A DNA stretch of 64,000 nt from Candidatus Zixiibacteriota bacterium (GTDB taxonomy: Bacteria; Zixibacteria; MSB-5A5; JAABVY01; JAHJOQ01). The notes beneath the pieces were generated by a model, which searched no databases, was not told the DNA's origin, and saw nothing but the letters and a program-made list of their open reading frames with translations. Location: the NCBI GenBank assembly GCA_018820315.1, contig JAHJOQ010000073.1, positions 81,281 to 145,280 of the forward strand, given 5' to 3'. Positions 8,966 to 19,130 of this stretch are shown in pieces. Numbering within the stretch: the stretch's first letter is position 1; each line of letters opens with the position of its first letter. Position numbers and translations under genes: made by a program.

Positions 8966-10210
8966 ATGAATTACAAGATGTTGAAACCGCCGACCAACGG
9001 TGACAGAATCACTGTTGAAGGTGGTAAGCTGAATATACCAAACAAGCCAATTATCCCGGTGATCGAAGGCGACGGCATCGGGCGCGATATCATGAAGGCG
9101 ACTCGCAGAGTGGTGGATGCCGCTGTCGAGAAGACTTTCGGCGACGAGAAGAAAATCGTCTGGTTTGATGTCTATGCCGGTGAGAATGCGAATGCGAAAT
9201 ATGGCGAATGGATGCCGGAGGATACGTTCGATGCCATTCGTGAGTATATCGTTGCACTCAAAGGCCCGCTTACGACTCCGGTCGGTGGTGGATTCAGAAG
9301 CCTGAACGTGACACTTCGTCAGGTTCTCGAACTCTACGCCTGTGTGCGTCCGGTCAGATACTTCGAAGGTGTCCCATCGCCGGTCAAGCATCCCGAAGAC
9401 ATGAATGTCGTCATATACCGTGAGAACACCGAGGATGTCTATGCAGGTATCGAATGGCAGCAGGGTACGGCTGAAGTCAAGTCGGTCATCGATTTTCTGA
9501 ACAACACTTTCAAGTTGAACATTCGCGCCGATTCCGGAATCGGAATCAAGCCGATTTCGATCACGGGTACTGAGCGGCTGGTGAAAAAGGCGATCAATTT
9601 CGCGATCGACAAGAAGCACTCATCGGTCACGCTGGTACACAAAGGGAACATCATGAAGTTCACCGAAGGTGCTTTCCGTGACTGGGGATACAAGCTCGCA
9701 GCGCGCGAATTCGCAAACGAGACAGTTTCCGAGGATGATCTCTGGTCGAAATTCGACGGTAAAGCGCCTGATGGCAAGATCGTCGTCAAGGATCGTATTG
9801 CCGATTCGATGTTCCAGCAGATTCTGACCCGTACGAAAGAGTACGACGTTATCTGTACGCCGAACCTCAACGGCGATTATCTCTCCGATGCTTGCGCTGC
9901 GCAGGTCGGTGGGCTCGGTATGGCTCCCGGAGCCAATATCGGCGACCATATCGGACTGTTCGAAGCTACTCACGGCACTGCTCCGAAGTATGCCGACAAG
10001 GATATGGTCAACCCGGGATCGCTGATTCTCTCGGCTTGCATGATGCTCGAGTATCTCGGCTGGGATGATGCTTCGAAGAAGATATATGATGCAATTCAGG
10101 AGACGATCAAGAAGAAGACGGTAACGTATGATCTTGAGCGTCAAATGAGCGGTGCGACAAAGTTGTCGACTTCCGAGTACGGAACGCAGATCATCAAGAA
10201 TCTGAAGTAG
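8966..10210 (+). CDS. icd: Isocitrate dehydrogenase (NADP-type, homodimeric)
   Basis: N-terminus [28 protein letters not shown] and C-terminal [19 protein letters not shown] motifs, 414 aa. Confidence 0.93.
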   Translation: MNYKMLKPPTNGDRITVEGGKLNIPNKPIIPVIEGDGIGRDIMKATRRVVDAAVEKTFGDEKKIVWFDVYAGENANAKYGEWMPEDTFDAIREYIVALKGPLTTPVGGGFRSLNVTLRQVLELYACVRPVRYFEGVPSPVKHPEDMNVVIYRENTEDVYAGIEWQQGTAEVKSVIDFLNNTFKLNIRADSGIGIKPISITGTERLVKKAINFAIDKKHSSVTLVHKGNIMKFTEGAFRDWGYKLAAREFANETVSEDDLWSKFDGKAPDGKIVVKDRIADSMFQQILTRTKEYDVICTPNLNGDYLSDACAAQVGGLGMAPGANIGDHIGLFEATHGTAPKYADKDMVNPGSLILSACMMLEYLGWDDASKKIYDAIQETIKKKTVTYDLERQMSGATKLSTSEYGTQIIKNLK

Positions 10211-10241
10211 CCCCCTATTTCGAACTTGTTCGATATAGAGC

Positions 10242-10280
10242 GCCGACCGGTCTTGTACCGGTCGGCGTTTCTTGTTTGTG
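10242..10280 (+). terminator. Rho-independent terminator after icd
   Basis: GCCGACCGGTcttgtACCGGTCGGC hairpin followed by gtttcttgtttgtg (T-rich). Confidence 0.7.
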
Positions 10281-10409
10281 TGATGCGAACCGCGATCAGA
10301 GATCACGGCCACACGGGACTGTGGCAGCCTCTGGAGATCTGCCGCCCACTGCAATGCGATCACCGATGCTTTCGGTTCGCTACACCTGACCAGAAAATAT
10401 TCTGGTAGA

Positions 10410-11882
10410 TTGAGGGTGGTGGGCTTATATTCGCTCCAGAGTGACTGGAATACTAGTGCATGGGTGTCGCAATTGGCTGATCTCAGAACCGCAAACATGA
10501 TCTCCTGGCATTCAGTGCTATCGCTGGCATTGATCTATACAATAATCGTATTCGCATCTGTTCTTGTGGAGCCGGCTAAGATTGCTGCAGTGGTGATTGT
10601 ACTTGCTCTTGTCGCCGGAGTCGGAATCATCCGGCACGGCTTCCTATATTTGCTTCTCGCTGCCTTCGCATTTGAGTGGCTTATACGGTTTGGGAGCGGC
10701 TACGACGCTGTCAGCTACGCCATAGAATTCTCGATGGCAGGTGTTGCTGCTGCAGGGCTGTTCTTCAGGGGAGAACGGTTTGCACTGCCCCCCTCCAAGG
10801 TGCTGACTTCGTTCTTGATTCTCTTCGGGTGGATCATTTTCAGGACTCTGTTCGCAATGAACTTGAATCATGCTCTTAGGGGATTCGTGTTTCTCCTGAT
10901 GCCTTTACTCATCTTTATGCTCTCGTATCAACTTCTCAGAGCGAGAGACATATTCAGGAATATCCTGATTTTTCAACTAGTTCTAGCGATTGCGTTCGTC
11001 CTCGCCGGAGTCTCAGAGCACATTATCGGAGGACTCTCCAGATTGTGGCTGGTAAACATGAAGCCCAATGCCGTTGCAGGATACACCTATATCGCTGCAT
11101 CGATATCATTGTTCTCAATCGACTATTTCAGAAACAAGTCTCTGAAGCTCTTGTCGCTGCTGGCGCTGATTGGTTTGGCGTATGTGATCGTTCTAACCGG
11201 ATCACGTTCAGCGATGTTTGCGCTGGCAACCTTCTGCACGGTTTATCTCTGGTTCAGCGGTCGCAAGAAACTCGTAGTAGTCGGTTACAGTGCTGTCTTT
11301 GCCGGAATAGCATTAATCCTATTGTCGGGGATTTTCTCAGATACAATCACACAGGTTTCACGAATACTGAGGCTGGCCAGCGGCCTGACGATGCGCGATG
11401 AACTCTGGAGGTCCGCAATGAACTTGATATCCGACTATCCGTTGGCGGGAGTCGGGACGAGTTGTGTCGGCACGGTATTCTCGGATTATGTGCGCTGGAC
11501 GGACCCAAGAGTCATTTTGCTGGCACACGGTCCAGCCGAGGCGGGAATAATACATAACGGAATTCTGAACATGACCGCCCAATTCGGACTGATTGGCGCG
11601 GCACTGACACTCTGGACGCTGGCTGCATCATTCAGCTATATATTCAGAATTCGCCGTCAACTGACCGGAGAAATGCATCGACTGTCGTCATTTGTTATTG
11701 CTGCCATCGTCGCTATCATGGCGCATGGTCTCTTCGAAAATAGAATACCGTTCGGAGTATTCGTCAATGACTCGATGTTTGCCATCTTCGTTGCCGGTGC
11801 GTTTAGCCAAATGATTTCAAAAACTTCGGATCGAGTCAGACATGACCCAGGACCACCTGATATTCCTCCCGGCCCGGAGTAA
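10410..11882 (+). CDS. O-antigen ligase / Wzy_C-family polytopic membrane protein (possibly a PEP-CTERM-associated O-glycosylation ligase)
   Basis: ~11 predicted TM helices. A ...LTGSRSAMFALAT... segment resembles the Wzy_C signature. The start is uncertain; an alternative is ~10497. Confidence 0.45.
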   Translation: MRVVGLYSLQSDWNTSAWVSQLADLRTANMISWHSVLSLALIYTIIVFASVLVEPAKIAAVVIVLALVAGVGIIRHGFLYLLLAAFAFEWLIRFGSGYDAVSYAIEFSMAGVAAAGLFFRGERFALPPSKVLTSFLILFGWIIFRTLFAMNLNHALRGFVFLLMPLLIFMLSYQLLRARDIFRNILIFQLVLAIAFVLAGVSEHIIGGLSRLWLVNMKPNAVAGYTYIAASISLFSIDYFRNKSLKLLSLLALIGLAYVIVLTGSRSAMFALATFCTVYLWFSGRKKLVVVGYSAVFAGIALILLSGIFSDTITQVSRILRLASGLTMRDELWRSAMNLISDYPLAGVGTSCVGTVFSDYVRWTDPRVILLAHGPAEAGIIHNGILNMTAQFGLIGAALTLWTLAASFSYIFRIRRQLTGEMHRLSSFVIAAIVAIMAHGLFENRIPFGVFVNDSMFAIFVAGAFSQMISKTSDRVRHDPGPPDIPPGPE

Positions 11883-11886
11883 ATAG

Positions 11887-12660
11887 TTGGAATGGTACCT
11901 TTACATCGCAGTCGTCGCTGCCGGATTCATTGCCGGATTCATAAACACACTTGCCGGTAGTGGCTCGTTGATCACGCTGCCGCTCCTGATCTTCCTCGGC
12001 CTTCCCGCAAATGTTGCCAACGGAACCAACCGTGTCGCCATACTGCTTCAGAACGTTGTTTCCGTTAGCAGTTTCCGAAGGCAGAAAGTGCTCGATATTC
12101 GTCGCGGACTGATACTCGCGGCACCGGCAGTGATTGGAGCGATCATCGGAGCTCAGATCGCCGTCATACTCGACGAAGAGATGATGCGCAAAGCCATCGG
12201 GCTGCTTATGGTCGTGATGCTTTCGGTGATGATCGTCCGTCCAAAGAGATGGCTGGTGGGGCGGCCGGAATCTGCCGTTGGACGCCTGAGCTGGATTCAG
12301 ATTCTCACCTTCTTTGGAATTGGAGCTTACGGTGGCTTCATCCAGGCCGGAGTCGGGATATTTCTGCTTGCAGGATTGGTGCTGAGCGCTGGCTACGACT
12401 TGGTCCGTGCCAATGCTGTGAAAGTGCTCATAGTGTTCTGTTTTACTCCTCTTGCGCTGGTGGTGTTTCTCATCAATGGGCAAGTTGACTGGTCGGTAGG
12501 ATTGATCCTGGCTGTTGGGAATATGTCAGGTGCGTGGGTTGCTGCAAGAATGGCAGTTAAGCGAGGCGCCGCTTTTGTCCGCTGGCTGCTAATGGCGGTT
12601 GTCATAATATCTGCATCGGTGTTTTTGGGTTTGTTTGATCTTATCAAGGGGTTATTTTGA
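11887..12660 (+). CDS. TSUP-family (TauE/SafE, DUF81) sulfite/anion exporter
   Basis: Duplicated 4-TM halves with GxGGG-like motifs (FINTLAGSGSLITLPLLIFLGLP; GIGAYGGFIQAGVGIF). Confidence 0.8.
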   Translation: MEWYLYIAVVAAGFIAGFINTLAGSGSLITLPLLIFLGLPANVANGTNRVAILLQNVVSVSSFRRQKVLDIRRGLILAAPAVIGAIIGAQIAVILDEEMMRKAIGLLMVVMLSVMIVRPKRWLVGRPESAVGRLSWIQILTFFGIGAYGGFIQAGVGIFLLAGLVLSAGYDLVRANAVKVLIVFCFTPLALVVFLINGQVDWSVGLILAVGNMSGAWVAARMAVKRGAAFVRWLLMAVVIISASVFLGLFDLIKGLF

Positions 12661-12707
12661 TGGCAAGGCATTGTTCGCAGGAATGAAACGGCACTCAGGG
12701 AGAGAAG

Positions 12708-13154
12708 ATGGCCTACAGCATCACGAAGATCGCTATCGGATGCGATCATGCAGGATATGAGTATAAAGAGAAGATCAAGAAGTACCTCGGAGACAGGGGA
12801 CTTGAGGTCGCCGATTTCGGCACGAATTCAGAAGAGTCGGTCGGCTATCCGGTCTTCATCAGGCCGGTTGCTGAGGCGGTCGCACGTGGTGAATTTCCCG
12901 CCGGAATAGTGCTCGGCGGCAGTGGCAATGGTGAAGCTATGGTAGCCAACAAAGTGAAGGGGATCAGGTGTGCTGTCTGCTGGAGCGAGGATTCTGCGCG
13001 GCTGGCAAAAGAGCACAACAACGCAAACATGATATCTCTGGGACAGCGGCTGATCGCGCCCGATATGATTCTGAAAGTAGTCGATGCATGGCTGATGGCC
13101 GAGTTCGAAGGAGGCCGTCATGTAAAACGAATCAATCAGATAGAGGGAGACTGA
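12708..13154 (+). CDS. rpiB: Ribose-5-phosphate isomerase B
   Basis: KIAIGCDHAGYEYKEKI...GIVLGGSGNGEAMVANK is the RpiB/LacAB family signature. Confidence 0.9.
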   Translation: MAYSITKIAIGCDHAGYEYKEKIKKYLGDRGLEVADFGTNSEESVGYPVFIRPVAEAVARGEFPAGIVLGGSGNGEAMVANKVKGIRCAVCWSEDSARLAKEHNNANMISLGQRLIAPDMILKVVDAWLMAEFEGGRHVKRINQIEGD

Positions 13155-13235
13155 GATCACCACAAGATAAGGCTCGTTGGGGGAGTATCTGATTGCACTT
13201 GACCAGAACGGCTGATTGTTTTAATATGGAGCACC

Positions 13236-14279
13236 ATGCCAGATAAAGAGCACATAGACTACAGTTCGGCCGGTGTCGATCTTGACCGGGCCGGTGCTGC
13301 AACCGAGAAAATCAAGTCTCTGGCTGCGGCGACATTCACCAAGAACGTGATGGGCAAGTTTGGTGGATTCGGCGGGGCATTTAAATTCGACACGAAGGCA
13401 ATCGCGGACCCAATACTCATATCAAGTTGCGACGGTGTCGGCACCAAACTGAAGATCGCATTCATGACCGGCATTCACAGCACTGTCGGCGCCGATTTGG
13501 TGAATCACTGCATTGACGACATAGCGGTTTGCGGTGCCGAACCATTGTTCTTCCTCGATTATATCGGCACGGGACAGCTCGATCCCGATATGATCGAGCA
13601 GATTGTTAAAGGATTCGCCACTGCCTGCCTGAAAGCCGGAATCGCCCTGATCGGCGGCGAGACAGCTGAGATGCCCGATTTCTATAAGCGAGGAGAGTAT
13701 GATCTCGCGGGCTTCATAGTGGGAGTGGTTGGTTCGGGTGAAGTCATTGACGGTTCCGGAATCACTGACGGTGATGTGGTGATCGGTTTCCCCTCGGTTG
13801 GATTGCATACCAATGGATACTCGCTTGCCCGTAAGGTATTTTTCGATGTGGCGAAATGGAAAGTAGATAGAAAAGTCGAGGAGTTCGGCAGGACTCTCGG
13901 CGAGGAGCTTCTTGTTCCGCATTATTCCTATCTGGAAGAAATTCGTGCTCTGAAGAGGCTCGGGGTAAAGGGAATGGCTCACATCACTGGAGGGGGCATT
14001 CCGGGTAACCTGAACAGGATAATCCCTGACGGTCTCTGCGCCAAGGTCGAAGTTGGGAATCAGGAGATTCCTCCGATATTTAGCCTCATGCAGAAGCTCG
14101 GCAACATCGAGACCAGGGAAATGTATCGAGCCTTTAATATGGGCATCGGCCTGGTCGCTGTCCTTAGCCGCGAACAGGCCACGAGTATTCTCGATGATGG
14201 CAGTCTCCAAGCGAAGCCACTTGAGATCGGAAGGATTGCGACCGGTACGTCACCTGTTGAGTTGATCTATCTCACATAA
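13236..14279 (+). CDS. purM: Phosphoribosylformylglycinamidine cyclo-ligase (AIR synthetase)
   Basis: AGVDLDRAG...GGFGGAF...DGVGTKL...GGETAEMP are PurM motifs, 347 aa. Confidence 0.93.
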   Translation: MPDKEHIDYSSAGVDLDRAGAATEKIKSLAAATFTKNVMGKFGGFGGAFKFDTKAIADPILISSCDGVGTKLKIAFMTGIHSTVGADLVNHCIDDIAVCGAEPLFFLDYIGTGQLDPDMIEQIVKGFATACLKAGIALIGGETAEMPDFYKRGEYDLAGFIVGVVGSGEVIDGSGITDGDVVIGFPSVGLHTNGYSLARKVFFDVAKWKVDRKVEEFGRTLGEELLVPHYSYLEEIRALKRLGVKGMAHITGGGIPGNLNRIIPDGLCAKVEVGNQEIPPIFSLMQKLGNIETREMYRAFNMGIGLVAVLSREQATSILDDGSLQAKPLEIGRIATGTSPVELIYLT

Positions 14280-14397
14280 GTCCTCCCGTAGTCAGTCGCC
14301 CACTTTTTGATTGCATGGTGCATCTTTCTTGCCCTAATTGCCTAATCGACAGCGACAGTTGTGATCCTCGGAGGAAGTAGGCGGAATAGGATGGCTC

Positions 14398-15963
14398 GTG
14401 CTTCGAATATACAACTACATTAGCTCGTTTGTCACCGATCGCGACAAGAGGCTGATCCTGGTAGCCGCACTTCTCCTTTCAGCCGGGTTTGCGCCGCTTC
14501 CATTTGGGTTTCTTGCATATATCTGCCTGATCCCGCTTTTCTTCGTTGCCAAAGGCAAATCGTTCAAGCGCGGATTCCAGCTCGGTTATCTCCTCGGGTT
14601 TGAGATCAGTCTGTTCAGTCTGAATTGGGTTACAGCCTTTGCCTTCAATGCCGGCAGCGGGTTGAAGTTCATCAATCCCTTCATCGCAGCGACAATCTCC
14701 GGAGTTCTCGGATTTCTTGGCATGACTGTCTTTCATGCGTTATATTATGCTGTCATTATGGGAGCCTTCTGCTGGCTTCTGAATCGTCGCAGGGTTTTCA
14801 TTGTCTCGCTTCCGTTCATATGGGCTGCCGTCGAGTACGTTCGCACGCTGTCGCAGTTCGCGTTTCCCTGGACTAATCTCGGCTATACACAGTCGTATTA
14901 CCTGCCCCTTATCCAGACTGCTGATCTCTGGGGTGACATCGGGATATCTTTCTGGATAGCAATCGTGAATCTGCTGCTGTACTTTGCGTGGCGCGCGAGA
15001 CGCAGTCTCAAGCGAGCAACCGTACCAGTAGTTGGCATTGCGCTACTGTTCGTGGGGGCATTGGCGTATGATTCCGGTCCCGTTGACTACGATCCAGATA
15101 TCAAGGTGGCAATGCTGCAGGGGAGTTTCCCGCTCAAGATCAAGTGGAACAGGGCAATGCGAGACCACAACTTCCAGGTCTACGATAGCCTTACAAGAGC
15201 CGCTCATGCCGAGGGTGCCGATTTGATTGTCTGGCCGGAAACGGCAGCTCCCATGTATCTCGCGCAAGAGCCGTATTACTACGCCTGGGCGCAGCAGCTT
15301 GCAGTGAGTCTGCAAACTTACATGCTTGTCGGCACGCTTGCATCCGACCAGAATCCTGCTGGAGAGCGTAGAGCTTTCAACGCCTGCTATCAGTTCACCC
15401 CTGAGGGACAAACGCAGATTCCGTACAAAAAGATGGAGCTTGTTCCATTCTCGGAGCGAGTTCCTTATGCTGATTATTTTCCTCTCATCAAGAAGATCGA
15501 CCTGGGACAGTCAGATTTCTCCGCCGGCGACACACTTTTGCTTTTCGAGCATCACAAGGGCAAATATGCCTGTCTGATCTGCTTCGAGTTGACTTTCTCC
15601 GATCTTGTCAGAAGATTTGTTATCGAAGGTGCGGAGTTCTTCGTCGCGATAACAAATGATACATGGTTCGGCAGAACTGCCGGACCTTACCAGCATATGC
15701 AGATGGCTTCGTTCCGCGCCATTGAGAACAGGACATGGATTGGCCGCTCCGCGAATTCGGGATTCTCGTTTACAGTTGATCCATACGGAAGAAAGCACGG
15801 GCGTAGCGATCTTGAAGTCAGAACGATTGTGTACGGCGAGATTGGGAGAATTGCGGAGAAGACCTTCTTCACTACTCATGGATTCTGGTTGCCGCAACTC
15901 TGTCTTGTCGTGACTTTTTTGTTTCTTTTGGCAGGTTTGATTGTTAAACTAATCAGGTACTGA
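14398..15963 (+). CDS. lnt: Apolipoprotein N-acyltransferase
   Basis: N-terminal multi-TM domain plus a C-terminal CN-hydrolase domain (LVWPETA...; ICFELTFSD), 521 aa. GTG start. Confidence 0.85.
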   Translation: MLRIYNYISSFVTDRDKRLILVAALLLSAGFAPLPFGFLAYICLIPLFFVAKGKSFKRGFQLGYLLGFEISLFSLNWVTAFAFNAGSGLKFINPFIAATISGVLGFLGMTVFHALYYAVIMGAFCWLLNRRRVFIVSLPFIWAAVEYVRTLSQFAFPWTNLGYTQSYYLPLIQTADLWGDIGISFWIAIVNLLLYFAWRARRSLKRATVPVVGIALLFVGALAYDSGPVDYDPDIKVAMLQGSFPLKIKWNRAMRDHNFQVYDSLTRAAHAEGADLIVWPETAAPMYLAQEPYYYAWAQQLAVSLQTYMLVGTLASDQNPAGERRAFNACYQFTPEGQTQIPYKKMELVPFSERVPYADYFPLIKKIDLGQSDFSAGDTLLLFEHHKGKYACLICFELTFSDLVRRFVIEGAEFFVAITNDTWFGRTAGPYQHMQMASFRAIENRTWIGRSANSGFSFTVDPYGRKHGRSDLEVRTIVYGEIGRIAEKTFFTTHGFWLPQLCLVVTFLFLLAGLIVKLIRY

Positions 15964-15964
15964 T

Positions 15965-18148
15965 ATGCGTCTGATAATAGCAATAATTGCGGCTCTTACG
16001 CTGGTATTTCTATGGACTTCCAGTCCGGAAGCGATCTCGTGGAAGACCTACACCGATTCACGGAAAGTCAATTCGATACTCGAGTATGGAGGAGAATTGT
16101 GGGCTGGGACCGGCGGTGGTGTGCTGCGATTTCATCCCGATGGTTCCAACCTGATCCAGTACACGAATTCCGAAGGGCTCGGAGATAATACGATAAGCTC
16201 TGGCATAGCTGCCGGCGGCTACATCTGGTTTGGATCGGATACTGGAAAGCTATCGCGATTCGATCCCTCTGATGGCAGCTGGCGAATCTTCGTACTTCGC
16301 GATCGAGATGGCAACAGCATCGCAATTCATGATATGGAGACCTCGGCCGATTTCCTCTGGCTTGCTACCGATATTGGAGTCAGCAAGTTTGACATGTTTC
16401 GCAATGGTGGAGAGATAAAGGAGACTTACCGTCGATTGGGCGATTTGACCGTTGAATCGCCTGTTGTTTCAGTATTCATCGAGGGAAGCGTCATTGTAGC
16501 CGCAAGTCTTGAAGGGCTCTCTATTGCTGATATCAGCGACGAGTTCCTTCAGGATTTCACCCACTGGAGCTCAGTGACTGAGGCGAATTCTGTCGACTTT
16601 GCCAGTGGGGATATCACGTCTGTTGCGATCCTGAGTGGTGTCTATGTAGTTGGATCTACTTCCGGGCTGTACACAGTCATCGAGGTGGACGGTGCATATT
16701 TATGGGAAAGAGTCGGTTTGGCGAATGCTGCCGTCAGACAGATACGAAGTGATACAGGGCAGCTTCGGATTACGGCGACTTCCGGCATCTACACTTACGA
16801 TGGTGCGTCACTGGATCAGCATGATCTCACCGGATTGCCGGATGTCACCCTCAGGACTTCGGTAATTGCAGGTGACAACGTTATCGTCGGCACGGAGGAA
16901 CAGGGTCTTTTCATCAGTTCGACCGGCTGGACGAATGTCCTGGTTGGCGGTCCGGCATCCAACGCGATTGTTGATGTGGCTGCCGACAGCAAAGGAACAA
17001 TATGGACCGTTCTTAAGCCGCCGTTTGTATCCAGCTTCGATGACGATCAGTGGGCGCATATTACGCTGCCTGTTTCTGACGCTGGACAGTGGGCACTTGA
17101 GGTGGATCATAACGATGATATCTGGGTGAGTACCTGGCAGAATGGCGCATTGCGCCTTCATGGTGATTCGCTAATCAAGTACGACACAACCAATAGTTCG
17201 CTGTACGGTAATGGGGATGCGGATGGAGAGAACTATATCGTGCTGCGAGATCTCGATGTCGATGAAGCGGGGAGAATCTGGTTTCCGTGCTACCGAGGGT
17301 ATCCGATGCGGCCTGTCAGCTTCTATGATCCCGCCACGGACAGATGGGATTACTACACCAATCTGGAGGGGCTGACCGATCACTTCATAATTTCGATTCA
17401 CGTTGTCGATGGAATCCTCTGGACCGGATACGAGAATGCGGGTCTATACCGCACCACCTTAGGCAGTGATCCCTTTGATCATTCGGATGTTTCCAGCCGA
17501 CTGTATACAACGCTGGAGAATCTGCCTTCTGACGATATCAGAGTTATTTCAAGTGATCTGAACGGTACGGTCTGGGTAGGAACCAACGCCGGACTGGCAT
17601 ATTTCGATGAAGGAATAGACAGATTCATACGGGTTGAACTGCCATCCGGAGCAGGTCCGCAGATAAATGCTATCGAGATTGACCCAAGGAATAACCTATG
17701 GATAGGGACGTCAAACAGCCTGGTATCGCTCACCGCCGATGGATCGGGATTCGAAGTCTTCACCACTGCCAACAGCAACATAGCAGGCAATGAAATCACG
17801 TCGTTGCATTACGCTGATGATGGTTTTCTGTGGATCGGAACTTCCTCCGGTTTATCGCGACTTGACTACGCGATTGGAATTCTGACTACTCAGGTGGATG
17901 AAGTCCTAGCTTATCCAAGTCCGTTTCTGGTCCCGGATCATGGGAAAGTCTTCTTCAACTTCGAAGGAGTGGCAGATGTATCGATCTACACTCTTGCAGG
18001 TGAGCTGGTGGCGGAGACGTCTACATCGCGTGGCTGGGATGGCAGCAACGATAGTGGTGAACTGGTTGCCGGAGGTCTGTATCTCTTTTACATAGTGACT
18101 CCGAACGGCGAGAGTCATACAGGCAAGATAGCCCTTGTTCGCAAGTAG
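15965..18148 (+). CDS. Secreted beta-propeller protein (two-component-regulator-propeller-like repeats) with a T9SS C-terminal sorting domain
   Basis: Signal peptide. Repeated W-x-GT-x-x-GL motifs (LWIGTSNSLVSL, VWVGTNAGLAYFD, LWIGTSSGLSRL). The C-terminus ...VSIYTLAGELVAE...GLYLFYIVTPNGESHTGKIALVRK is typical of T9SS CTDs. Confidence 0.7.
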   Translation: MRLIIAIIAALTLVFLWTSSPEAISWKTYTDSRKVNSILEYGGELWAGTGGGVLRFHPDGSNLIQYTNSEGLGDNTISSGIAAGGYIWFGSDTGKLSRFDPSDGSWRIFVLRDRDGNSIAIHDMETSADFLWLATDIGVSKFDMFRNGGEIKETYRRLGDLTVESPVVSVFIEGSVIVAASLEGLSIADISDEFLQDFTHWSSVTEANSVDFASGDITSVAILSGVYVVGSTSGLYTVIEVDGAYLWERVGLANAAVRQIRSDTGQLRITATSGIYTYDGASLDQHDLTGLPDVTLRTSVIAGDNVIVGTEEQGLFISSTGWTNVLVGGPASNAIVDVAADSKGTIWTVLKPPFVSSFDDDQWAHITLPVSDAGQWALEVDHNDDIWVSTWQNGALRLHGDSLIKYDTTNSSLYGNGDADGENYIVLRDLDVDEAGRIWFPCYRGYPMRPVSFYDPATDRWDYYTNLEGLTDHFIISIHVVDGILWTGYENAGLYRTTLGSDPFDHSDVSSRLYTTLENLPSDDIRVISSDLNGTVWVGTNAGLAYFDEGIDRFIRVELPSGAGPQINAIEIDPRNNLWIGTSNSLVSLTADGSGFEVFTTANSNIAGNEITSLHYADDGFLWIGTSSGLSRLDYAIGILTTQVDEVLAYPSPFLVPDHGKVFFNFEGVADVSIYTLAGELVAETSTSRGWDGSNDSGELVAGGLYLFYIVTPNGESHTGKIALVRK

Positions 18149-19130
18149 CTCCATGTCTGAAGATAATATCCTGACAGGCAGTGAATTGATTTCGGCACTG
18201 ACGGAAACCGGTGTGGCGGCTGGGCGAACAAGCTTCTTCCAGAGTCTTGATTGGCTCCGATTCTGGAATGCTCAGCAAGGCTTCGAATCATGCGCAGTTG
18301 TTGCCTTTGACAATAAGCATCTCCGTGGGTATCTCCCATTCTGTACAAGGACAAATCACGGTATTGTCGAGTGCTACTCAATGCCGATGGGTACATATGG
18401 AAGTGCAGTCGCTCTCGACGATTCAGGAGACATCCGGGACCTTCTCACAAGTCATTTCCTTGACTGGTGCAGGAAGAAGAACTGCTCTCGAATAAATGTG
18501 GTAGAATTCAGTTCGCAGACAGATCAAGTACTCGAGCAATTCGAGATCAGGGAGTTGACGACACAGATCGTCGACCTGGGTGGCGGCGAGGAACTGCTGC
18601 GAAGCGCCTTGTCTGAGAATCATCGCAGGAATATAGAAAAATGCCGCAACTATAACCTGAGTTGCAGGAGAGTTGGCTCCGACTGTGATGTTGCTGCTTA
18701 TTTCTCTCTGGTTGAGGATGGCGCAAAGTGTCGGGGTGCGAAGCCGTTTTATGATTTTGATTTCTACACATCTCTGCTGAATCACATTCCGGGAGATAAT
18801 CTGCTGTGGGAACTGGTTTGTCTTGATGACAAACCGTGCACCGGACATATTTACTTCAAGTGGGCGAACAGCGTGTTCTATTGGGACGGTGCATCAAGTG
18901 GAGCAGGTCTCGAAGCCCTGGCTAACTTCTATTTGTTCTGGAGGAATATTCGACAGTTTGAGGATGAGGGATTTGCGCACCTGAATTTAGGATCAAGTCC
19001 GGAAGCGGCTCAGGATTTGATACGATTCAAGAGGGGATGGGGGGCGAAGCAGGTGAACTACTTCGAGTATAACTGGTCGAGTGTCACGTATCGAGGCATG
19101 AAACAGATAAAGGACTGGTTGGGACGGTGA
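18135..19130 (+). CDS. FemAB-like (Acetyltransf_6/GNAT-fold) protein; resembles the PEP-CTERM-system-associated FemAB-related family
   Basis: ~330 aa with a GNAT-like C-terminal half (HIYFKWANSVFYWDGASS...ALANFYLFWRNI). It sits in a glycosyltransferase locus. Confidence 0.55.
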   Translation: MFASSSMSEDNILTGSELISALTETGVAAGRTSFFQSLDWLRFWNAQQGFESCAVVAFDNKHLRGYLPFCTRTNHGIVECYSMPMGTYGSAVALDDSGDIRDLLTSHFLDWCRKKNCSRINVVEFSSQTDQVLEQFEIRELTTQIVDLGGGEELLRSALSENHRRNIEKCRNYNLSCRRVGSDCDVAAYFSLVEDGAKCRGAKPFYDFDFYTSLLNHIPGDNLLWELVCLDDKPCTGHIYFKWANSVFYWDGASSGAGLEALANFYLFWRNIRQFEDEGFAHLNLGSSPEAAQDLIRFKRGWGAKQVNYFEYNWSSVTYRGMKQIKDWLGR

